Source: Eledone cirrhosa
Taxonomy: Eukaryota
NCBI GenBank assembly: GCA_964016885.1
Contig: OZ024743.1
Coordinates: 219,046,001 to 219,110,000, forward strand
Length of the DNA: 64,000 nucleotides
Direction: 5' to 3'
Shown: positions 39,501-51,500 of the stretch, in pieces
Layout of the letters: each line of letters opens with the position of its first letter
Numbering within the stretch: the stretch's first letter is position 1
Position numbers and translations under genes: made by a program
The notes under the pieces: model-generated
Seen by the model: the letters and a program-made list of their open reading frames with translations, nothing else
Databases searched by the model: none
What the model was told of the DNA's origin: nothing

Positions 39501-42500
39501 CCAATTCCCCGCCCTCGGTAAGTTAGTCATAATAATAATGATTAAATATGTAGGCATGTAAATATACCACAAAATACAAATTTCCCTGTAAACTGAAATA
39601 ATGATAAACACCATTAATCGATTTTTGGATCTAATTGGATCCTCATCAGGTGTGTATATCATTTAATTAACCAGTCAAGTTAGCTATTATACAATAAATA
39701 ATACATTTAAATCAAAATAACTATCACTCTTCAACATTAAGACATTCTTAACCATTTGATAACCCCCCCCCCCACATTCTACATAAAGGTTTGTTTTAAG
39801 ATGTTTATATTTATCTAAAGACTGTACTTAATATGAGCCACAGTCTACCTAGAGGAGTTGGGGACCATGTGCCAGTAACATTTGTTAAGTCAAATTTCAA
39901 ACACCAACTTGATAATATATTATTATTAGTTATATTACTAAATTTTACCAAATTATTGATAATTTTCAAAATTAATTACAAATTATAGGCACTGTCTTTC
40001 ATTAGTAATATAGTAAGAAAAGGGTTAATAACAAAAATTATCTTAGCCTACATGTTGACGCATAAAAGATATTAAAGAGCATTGTAATGTCATATAATTA
40101 TATGCTTTTTATATTTCGGTGCATGGCTTAGTAGTTAGAGCATCGGGCTTGCAATCAAAAGGTTGTGAGTTCAATTCTCGGACCGGTTGATGTGTTGTTT
40201 CCTTGAGCAAGACACTTTATTTCACATTGCTCCAGTTTACTCAGCTGTAGAAATGAGATGATAGGACTGGAGTCCCTATCATTCCACTGCAAAGTGGTCG
40301 TGGAGGTGCCACGGCAAATAAGCACCCAGCCCACACTGTGAAGTGGACATGTAGGTGCCACGGGAAAAAGCACCCAGCACTCACTGTAAATGAGGTTGGT
40401 GTTAGGAAGGGCATCCAGCTGTAGAAATCAAGCCAGAATCAGTTCCCGTATGAGCAACACAAGGTCAGCCGACCGGACACTGCCCACAACAGGACAACCC
40501 ATCTAACCCATACTAGCGTGGAAGAACAGACGTAAAACGATGATGATGATGATGATTTCGATTGTTGGTTTATAACTCAATACCTAAACACTGGAAAATA
40601 TTTTTCTACGACACAACAATTTTTACATAATTTTTCACCTGTATTTCCCTGTTTGCATGGGTTGGACAAAACCTTTGAGGTAGGATTTCTACAGCTGGAT
40701 GTCCTTCTGGACAGCAGAAGGTCTTCAGAGAAGAACCCCTTCCCCATAAGCAAGTGTTTCAGCCCTTTATCATATTCTAAGTATAGTAGATATAACAACA
40801 TATGTCCTACAATGCTACACTGTAGGACATGTTGTTATAGCCATTGTAATATGCACATAACGTTTTACATACCAACCTGGCCAAAACCAGTTCTGACTCT
40901 AAGAAATAAAATCACTTATTTTAAAGATTTCCATTTTAAATTAACATCTTCCAACAATTTTATATAAGAACCTTACATTAAGTTACTATCTTAGTATGAA
41001 ATAACTAATAATTTTAGTAAATCCCTCAAAATCTTTCATTAACTAATTGAAATAGACTGTATTTCATTAGAAATATGGTCATGAAAGGGTTAAACAAAAC
41101 ATATAGCTGCTAACCCTGGTCTGTTTGATTGTCAAGCATCACCCTACTATCTCCCATTTGATTTCTTACTGATAGGAAAGTTGTAAAAAAAACAATGACT
41201 TTCAGAATGTACAAAAGTTGAAAATTCCCAAATCCACATCACCTAACCTAGTATGTAAAATAATGTAAAAAAGTAAATAAGAAGAAATAAACATTCAGAC
41301 ATATAAGACAATAAAAGTTGGAGGGGTGGGGATAAACACCTGTATAAACTTACTATAAAAGTAGGTATTAACCCTTTAGCATTTAAACCAGCTGTATCCG
41401 GCCAGAATTCTCTCACAAATTCTCTGTAATTGGCCGCTCATAATGGCGTTAAGGTATTGTTCTCAAAATAAATATCAAAATCTTGTAGATTCAATATTAT
41501 GTAAGATAAAGCGTTCACCATGAAAATACAATAGTATATATAGAGTAATGTAAATGCTAAAGATTTTAATTCACCTTGTCCTTATTCTTAGTGCAAGCTT
41601 TGAAAAGTGCAGTTTATCTTAATTTTTTTAAATAAAATAGGTATAAAAAAAAACACGTTATTTATGGGATGTCCCAATACTTGCCTTTTGTTTCTTTCGT
41701 GCGGGTTCCTCTGTTTCTGAATCAGTGTCTTCCTACAAAACATATTAAAATATAAACATCTGGATGAAAAACATAAAACCAAACCAGAATCAGTTCTGTA
41801 TGAGTATGACAAGGTCACCTGATCTGCCGTCTCACAATGGGACAACTTGTCTAACCCATGCTAGCGTGGAAAAATGGATGTTAAACAGTGATGATGATGA
41901 TGAGGGTGGGGAGCATACAGCATGAACAAATGGATAAAAAGTTTGCTTCACAATCATAAAGTACTGGGTTTGATCCTACTGTATAGCATCTTAAGCAAGT
42001 GTCATTTACCATAGCCTAGAATCAACTCAAGCCTTTTCAGTGAAATTGGGTAGACAGAATCTATTTGGAAGCCCACTGGATAGGATAGACTGTATCTGTA
42101 ATTCTTATCATACACTGTGTCACACTGAATTTCCTTGAGAATTATGTTAAGAGTACACATGTCTGTGGAATACTCAGTCACCTGTACATTAATCTTACAA
42201 GCAGGCTGTTCTGTTAATCACTCATCATCATAACCAATGAAAGCTGACTCCATTTCATTCCAGAGAGTAAAAGAAAGAACTCTTCAGTCATGACAAGAAG
42301 TTTGACAACTTCTCTAGTATTGGTACCATGATAAAATGCACCCAGTACACCCTGTAAGGTGGTTGGCATTAAGAAAGGAATCCATCAATAGAAAGCATGC
42401 CAAAAACAAGCACCTAAGTAAACGTTGAACCAAACTATATCTCAGCTTCTATTGAATTTGAAACCTGATTTCTTTCAAGAGGTTGGGCAGCCAGTTCTGT

Positions 42501-45500
42501 TACATAGATGTACATGGACTCTAATAAAGAAAATTGATGGAACTTATACAAGAATGCTTTGAGCTGCTCTGGACATATCCTGGAGACAACACCTTATGTA
42601 AGAACTTCTCTATGGAAATTTACCACCAATAGCACACGTCATCAGAAAAAGAACAAGATTTGCTGAACATTGTTGGAGAGCAAAAGATGAGATCGTTGGA
42701 GATGTTATTCTTTGGGAACCAAAGCATGGGTATTCAAATGTTGGCAGAGCACATCAAACCTACATAAAGCAACTGTGTGAGGATTCTGAGTGCACCAGAG
42801 AAGACCTACCACAAGCAATGGCAGACCAAACAGACTGGAGAGAATGAGTGATGATTCATGCAATAAGCATACTCAGATGATGATACCTCAGCAATATAGC
42901 TAATAGTCTTACCTGAGAGTTTTCATCTGATTCTGCTTCTTCTTCTTCATTACCTTCCTCTTCAATGTTATCATCATTATCATCTGATAACGTATTTTCA
43001 TCTCTTTAAAAGAAATTTGGGATTCAAAAGAGAAAAAAAATGTTTTCTGATTAAATTATACTAAATATTCTTTGTAAATCACATTTCGGAAAAACCTGAA
43101 TAAGAGGAATATCAGTTATTTGATAAAACTAGTAATGTAACTTTTTAAAAAATTTCATCATTGATTAGTCCTTACTTCAAACCTTTGAACAAAGTAAATA
43201 GGGTAGAAAAATTGTGTGGCTGACCCTTTGATACCAACCTAGTCAAAACTGCTTTTGTTTCTATGAAACAAAACCGCACATTTTAACCCTCTCAGACTTA
43301 GGCCCCTGTGTTTAACTTTACCCTCCACCAAAATAAATAGTTGCATACACAGCTCAAGAGTAATGATTGCAGGCAACATAATGGACGGAATCAACACAAG
43401 GCGTAATAAATGTGTCAAACCACACTTTATCGAAATTCACATAATCTCCACCACCCCTATCAGTATCAGGTGTGCAGAGGCCACACCATATATGTTCACT
43501 ACTTTCCTTACCACTTTCGCTTAAAAGTTTAAAATATCTCATTTTACTGAAGAATTCACCCTATGTTGCTCTGAGAAAAAATTAATGTTAAATGCTAAAA
43601 AAATACACACTGGGACATACCGTATATACTCAAATATAAGCCGACCACCTTATTTTATGTCTGAGAAATGGACAAAAAAAACAAACCCCATTTAGAAGCT
43701 GAGGCAGCTAATCAACAGATTGTTTAGATGGTGTATATATAAGCCGGCCCCACCATTTTACCATTGATTTTTTGGTCACATATTCCTCAGGTTATATTCA
43801 ACTATTTATGGTAATTCTAAGACAATTTTACCTCAATATAGTTTTGAATATATCCTAAAGTAATATTGTTTTTACATTTTCAAAATTAATTGTTTCTACT
43901 TACATAGGATCAAGATATTGAATTGGTTCTGCATTTGTAAACATGGTTAAATGGCTAGCAGACATCTTCTTGTCAACTGTACTCTGAACACTCATTAAAC
44001 TAGACAGTAATGAGTTAGGCTACAATATAAAGTACATCATTACTTAAAGTACACAAATATATAATAAAAAATGCATTTATAACAAATTAAAAACAAATAT
44101 GTCATCATGTTGCTGAAATATGAGAGTCAGCTGAAAAATTCATAGACTGACTATAAACGAGTGATGCTAGAACTGTGAAATCTTGCATGCATCAATTTCA
44201 ACTCTTCTTATTAATAACTGCATTGTTTCTTTCCAGGAACTATGTTGAAAAATAAACCTCATTTGGTCATTCCATGAGTATGTTGGTCAACCTATGAACT
44301 TTTCAGCTGACACTCATATATACTTGGGTACGATGCACTCTGTATTACAAATATAGGTTCAAAACTCCTTAGTTTGAGTCTGTAGTTCTACTTTCTATCA
44401 ATCAAATGACTGAATGTAAAGTTAATCAAACTTTTAATAAAACTAAAACCTTACAACTAATTTATAAATACATAACATTCAGACAGCTAAGTATTGGAGT
44501 ACTTTGTAGTACTGTGAAGGTATGCCACACATTACACACATGTCAACAAATACAGGTGTAGAGAACAAAAATAGTTTTGCCATTCTACAATAGTATAAGA
44601 CCTTTTTCTTCCTGTAAATCTATAGTAGTAATTTTCTATTACTACTATATCTTAATAACTCTATTATCATGTATACACCATATGTCCTAGTGTCTGTTCA
44701 ACATGCCCCTCAGTGAACTGATGACATACAATATATGCAAGTTGACCACCTAGCCTCTCTCAGTTCAAAGACAAACCTGTGTGGTGAAAAGCCACATCCT
44801 ACATGAGGTACCTCTGATATGGCTATCGTAGGATAGTCTAGCAGAACAGGTCAGATCTAGAGGAGTAATGCCTCAATAAAAATCCTTCAGTCTGAATAAA
44901 AGACTGGATGGTTACAGCTAGAATACATTTAATCATAATCAGTTATGTATGCATAGTTATTATGGCATTAAAAATACTAAGTAAAGAAAACTTGGTAATT
45001 ACCTTGTTATCTCCTTCATCAGTTTTAGAAGGGTCATCTTGCTTTTGATCCATATCAATATATACAGCATCTTTGTCATATATGATTCCTCCTACACCTG
45101 ACATTGGAGCATAAATTGGTCTTTCCTTAACATTTAGTGTTCTCTTTTTTGAGATGTCAGGAGTTGGACAAGGATCAGGTAAGAACTGCACATCATCAAT
45201 AGGGTAATCACCACAGCCTATAGATCAAAGCAACACACTCAGTGAACAATGGTACCAGATAAAACAAATAGAATATATATATATAAAGATAGAGAAAGAA
45301 AAACAGCGCTTGGATGAACTGAGGGAGAAACTGTGTTTAACCCTCTAGTGTTCAAACCGGCCGCAATTATTTCCCCTTCATTTGTTCTATCCGGCCGAAA
45401 ACACCTACACTAAAATATTGTTCTAAAAATAAACAATACCGTCATCAAAATCTCGTCAATTCGAGATTACTGTGAGATTAGGCCCTTACCGCAAAAATTA

Positions 45501-48500
45501 ACACTTAACATAGTGAAACAACACCTGTTTTTTTAATGTTGAAAGTAGAACAGATTTTTTTTGTGTATCAACATGGCTTATGAAAGTAGCGATACCGACT
45601 TTGAAGGTTTTACACACGACGACATTCAGAATGAACAAGAAACAAAAGATAATATTAGTGATTTATCCTCAAATGAATCAGATGTTTACATTTCTGAAAT
45701 TTCATCCAACGATGATTGTTGTTTTGAAAATGAAAGCAAAGGAGATCTCCAGGACGCCATTGAAAATATTACAGCCACCACGTGGTTGAAAAAATAACAC
45801 ACCAATACATGTTCCTGATTTTATTCAAAATACTGGTCCACAACACACATTACCTCCCGATGCTAAAGCACTGGATTATTTCTTTTTGTTTTTGCCACAA
45901 ACTTTCTTTGAAGAAGAAATTAATCGGCAGAAGAGATTAATCTGGCAGAAGAGATTAATCGATATACCCAACAACAGATTTCAAATCGAGGAAAACCCGA
46001 TCTGTTATGGGGACTGACAGATGCTGCGGAAATGCAAGCGTTTTTAATATTATGTTTGGTATAAAACAATTTCCAAGACTGTGGAATTACTGGAACACTG
46101 ATATAAGGTTTAGTGATCCTTATATATCAAATATTATGCCGAAAACAAGGTATTTAAAATTAAACCAGTATTTTGCACCTGGTTGATACTTCAAATGTCC
46201 CTATTAATTAATTTCACCTTCCCATAAAAGTCAAATTTAACAAAAAAAATCAGGTAAAAATATATAATTGTAAATTATTGATATTTAAACATCTACTGAC
46301 AAAATTTCAAGCCTGCACATAGAAAATTAAGAAAATTACAAACAAATAAAATTGATAACCCTCTTGAGTACGATTAACTGAAAATAATGTGAATAGATAA
46401 ACATGACATTTGACAAATTAATGTGAATGATAAAGGGTTAAGACGAATCTGAAGTGGTGTGTAAAAGAGAAGACTGCATCTTTTCATGAAAACCAAGTCA
46501 AAACAAAATGTATGAGCAGTCACTTGACCCGTCTAGCCTCAGCATGCAACAGCCATCTAACTCATACAAGCATGAAAAATAACTGTTAAACAGAAATGAT
46601 GGTGATCACACTCACATATAAGTCCTTTTATCCAAAAAACATACCTGGTATATGAATCTTTGTTGTGTTCTTCATAGGAGTCCCACGTAAATAACCATAC
46701 AAAGAGACATTTCTATCACATTTAGGATTTACCCTCAAAGTTTCTCTATTTGTAATGTCCTCTAACCTGTGAATAACAAATATAAACATGTTTAAGCTAT
46801 CAAATAAAACATTTCGAAATATATGCTGTATAAGGTGACACAATAACAGTCCAGCTCCCATTAGGTTATGAATTTAGACTACTGTATATACTCAAATATA
46901 AGCCAAGGAATATGTGACCAAAAAAATTGATGATAGAAGGGAGGTCAGCTTATATTTGGGGTCAATGCTCCTAACAAAACCAGACTGATGCCCTATATGA
47001 TTTCAATATAGTTCAATCATTGAATATTACTTAATAAACAACAAACTTACCTGTCAACAAGCAAGTATGGATGACTGATTTTCCACTGCAGAGGACGAAA
47101 TTTCATGATGGAAATAAATCTGCAAAGATTGTGAACTTCCTGACTTTGATATTCTTCATTTACTACTCCAGATAAATAAAATAATTTAGCACCCTAAAAA
47201 AAAAAGAGACATACATTAAAATTTAGCTTGGGATTTGGGGCTATTTACTGAGCTTTGGTTATTAAAAAAAAGTGTTCTAACAAAAAACAAACAACCTCAT
47301 AGATATGAGATCACACAACCAAAGCCCACTTCAAAAATACATACAAGATTTACCCATGGCTGCATTTCAGCAATATGGACAAAGAATACAGCCTACAATT
47401 CCTGGAGGAAGGAACTCACCACTACTAACTAGGAAGCTTTTACCCATTGCTGCAACTCCTGCAATATAAGCCAATGAGAGAATCTCTATATGATTGCTCA
47501 ACCAGCAAGTTTTATGTCTGTCCCTAACCTGGAGGTTCATCAGTTCAGAGCATTAAGTGACTGAGAGTACAAGACTTACACTCTGGACAGGACACCAGTC
47601 CATTGCAGGGTCATTAAACCCACAGCTACTGCTGGTACTAATTTTCATCTGAGTATACTGGAGCAGCATGAAATAAAGTGTTTTGCTCAAGAACACAACA
47701 CACAACCCAGTCCAGGAATCAAACACATATTATGGGTCCAACACACTTACCACTAGGCTACATGCCTTCTCAACTAGCAAGAAATAGCAGCAAATCTCCC
47801 TCCAATCTCTACTCTACCCTACCATTTTATAAAAGGAAGCTTCATGGCTGGAGGAAATTGTTGAAAAACATTTGAGAAGATATTATAAGACAGAGCAACC
47901 CTGGCAGGATCCCTTCTGGTTTTATTTCTAATACAACTTTTGCCAACACAAAAACATAATCAGCCTGACAACAATCCTCAAATATTAAAGCAGTAGAAGA
48001 CTTGGGATGAGATCATAAAACCGACCTCACACAACTGCACCTCTAAAAGGCAATGACACAAGATCATGATCTCTGGTGTTATGCAGTAATACAGAAGACC
48101 CGCCTTCTCATGTGCACGGGTTGAAGCATACATCTAGCTGTCTCTACATCCTAACATCCCACCCATCACCAGCTAAATGCCCCACTCTCAACATACCACT
48201 CCAATCCCCCAGTCCACACTGTAAATGTGGTTGGCATTAGGAAATGCATCTAGCCGTAAAAACCAAGCCAGAAATAGTCCTGTACGAGCAAAACATGGTC
48301 ATCTGATCTGGCTTGACTCACAACATGACAACTCATCTAACCCATGCTAGTGTGGAAAAATGGACGTTAAACAGTGATGATGGTGATGATGACTTACCTG
48401 ATAAATTTCGGTCCAGAACCTGGTTTTGAGTCGTTTCTTAATTTTTTTCATTTGTTTACCATCCCGGAAAGTATCTAAATGAGTCAGAACTCCCATCACA

Positions 48501-51500
48501 CGTGGAAATCCATGCACTTGACAGATGTTAAGGAATTCAAATATTTCCATTTCAAAACCAAAACTAGCATCAACCAAAAGCAAAACCTAAAAAAGAATTA
48601 TGAAAAGGATCTCATATAGTTAATAATCTCAAGTACTGATGAATGTGTCATGAACACAACAATTTCCCTAGCGTTAGTGCCAGGATGAAATGCACCCAGT
48701 ACACTCTGTAAAGTGATAGATGATTGAACAGTGACAATGTAGTGTAGAGGACTCTTGAGTCTCACTGAGGACACAACAATTTTCTTTAGTGCTGGTGCCA
48801 TGATGAAATACACCCAGTACACTCTGTAAAGTGGATTATAAACTATGCCAAAATTTGTAACATACAAGCATGACGTAGTCCCTTGATTTAAGCACAAGGT
48901 CAATAATTTGTGGGCAGGGGGGGGGAAGTCGATTAAATTGACTCCAGTATGTTACTGGTACTTTATTTTATCAACCCAGTAAGGATGAAAGGCAAAGCTA
49001 ACCTTGATGGGGTTTGAACTCAGAACGTAAAAGGACATGACTACAAAGTATGTTGTCCGGCGCTCTACCGATACTGCCATTCCACTGCCAACATAATAAC
49101 TGAGAAAACCATGATAAAAATATACACACCAGATCTGCAACTTTTGCAATGTCTATCATACAGTTGATATCATTGTTACACTCTATCAGTGTTAATCTGC
49201 GTTGTTTGCCTGGAAGAAAAAAAAAGGAGTTCATATTAGCCTGAGGCTTTAGTAGACACTTGATAAATGTATTCTGCAATGGAAACGAACCCAAAACCAT
49301 GTGGTTGCATAGCAAAATTCTTAACCACACAGCCATAAAACTAAAATATTGGACAACAGGAGGATTCAAATAGATATTTAAACAGCTTATAAAATCAAGA
49401 AATAGTTTATACTTCAACACCTCATACGAATTTGAAATCAAAATGTCACAAAAACACGATAATGCATTTTCATTTTGTCTAATGATGGTTTCTACTTTGG
49501 GCACAAGGCCAGCAATTTGAAGGGGGAGGGGAAAGTCGATTAAATCGACCCCCAGTACTTACTGGTGTTTTATTTTATCAACCCTGTAAGGATGAAAGGC
49601 AAAGCTAACTCCGGTGAGATTTGAACTCAGATGATCAAACAGTAACAATCTCTCTAGTGATGATGCTATGATAAAATGCACCCAGTATACTCTGTAAAGT
49701 GGATAATGTTAAAAAGAGGCATCTAATCGTAGAAACTATGCCAAAATCTGGAACATACAAGCATGAGATAGTCCCCTGAGCCATCTACAAGAGCAGTAAC
49801 TCTAAATAATTGTTTCTACTTTTGGCACAAGGCCAGCAATTATCCCAGTGTATTACTGGTACTTTATTTTATCGACCCCGTAAGGATGAAGGGCAAAGTT
49901 AACCTCGGCAGGATTTGAACTCAGACCATAAATGGCCGTAACTCTTCGCTGCAAAGCATGGCGTCCGACCCTCTACCGATACTGCCAATTCACCGCCATT
50001 AGGATGAAAGGCAAGGCTAACCTCAGTGGGATTTGCAATAAGAACGTAAAGGGGTGCAACTCTATGCCACGAAGCATGGCGTCTGATGTTCTATCGAGAC
50101 TGTTAATCCACCACCCTTAGTTATTGTAAATAAGAACTAAGACTGTGAAGTCCATCCAACCCATGCCAACATGGAAAGTAGACATGTGATGATAAAACAG
50201 AACAAGTGTATTAAGATGAAATAAGAATATAAATAAAACAGAGTTCAGCCTACCTGCCAAAACAGTAATTGGTCCATTGATTGTACTTAACTTTTGATGA
50301 CAATATTTCTTGGCAATACATTTAAGTAGTGTTGTTTTACCTACTTTAGGGGGACCAACAATGGCTACAATGATTGGAGGAGCATCTATTGGAGTTCTGT
50401 CAACAATTGGAATATGGTGTCTTTTTGCTTTGATATCTTCAGCTCTAAAAATGGCAAAAAAATTATTTAAAAATCAAAATTATTTGTAGAATTGTCTGGT
50501 GTATTTTTTCCCCAAACATACACAATTTATTCAATATACAAAATCTTACAATACATTGAAAAACATTTGACGTTATATAAAAATAACTGAGTAGTATCTA
50601 ATAAAAACAAAACACACTACTATATGGAACATAATAGGAAGAAGGAAAATGAAAAGGAGAAAAAGAAAGAAGTATCAAGCAACGAAAGGGAGAGGAGGAA
50701 TAGTCACTACACTGCAGTCTGAGTGGTGCCTCAGCCACACACCACAGATAAAATGGCAAAGACATTACTGCAGAGAATGGCTAGAGGCAGCCACCCCCAC
50801 TTCACAGGGCTCCCTCCTCAATATAAAACTGGATTAAAAAAAACAATACAAGAAAAAAAAAAAAAAAGAGAGGTTGGAACTGCAAACAAATTAAAATGTT
50901 AAATACAAAAAATTAAAATAAAAAATCATCATAGTTTGTATTTTTTCCATGCCAGCATGGGTTGGACAACTCTTTTTTGAGGTAATTTTTCTATAACTGG
51001 ATGCCCTTCCTGGTGCCAACACATACTTGATTTATAAATATGGTCCCATCCTTGCAAGCAGGGAAAAGCGGATGTAAAATGATGATGATGGTATACTGCT
51101 CATTTTCATCAAACCACTATGCTGCTTAAAATATCGATAAAAAAAATACATAGTAAACTCACTCACACACACACACACATATATATATATAAACAATGGA
51201 ACCTTGGTTCACAAACTTAATTCGTTCCTGAAGGCTGTTTGTAAACTGAAATTATGTTTCCCATACAAAATGTTGAGAGAGAGAGACAGATAGAGAGAGA
51301 CAGATAGATATCACCATAATAACTAACTACACAGCAAGTGACATTTTACCACCAACACTTCCAGCTTGTCATCAACTGTTGTTGCTGGCTTGCATGTTCA
51401 TTACTTGAGACACCATTTGTCAACCGAGACATGTTGTTTTGTTTGAAAAATTGTTCGTGATAAGAGGTGTTCGTAAACCATGGTTCCACTGTATATACAT

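Noticed and set aside
43512-43570. Possible extra 59-nt BMS1 exon (ttttctcag...G|GTAAGG)
   Set aside because: Gives an immediate in-frame stop and the flanking exons already join in phase; cannot be told from a chance splice-site pair without RNA data.
48635-48665. CUGAUGA-AUG..CAU-GAAC, and a similar string at ~57675
   Set aside because: Missing core base or stems; expected by chance in AT-rich DNA.
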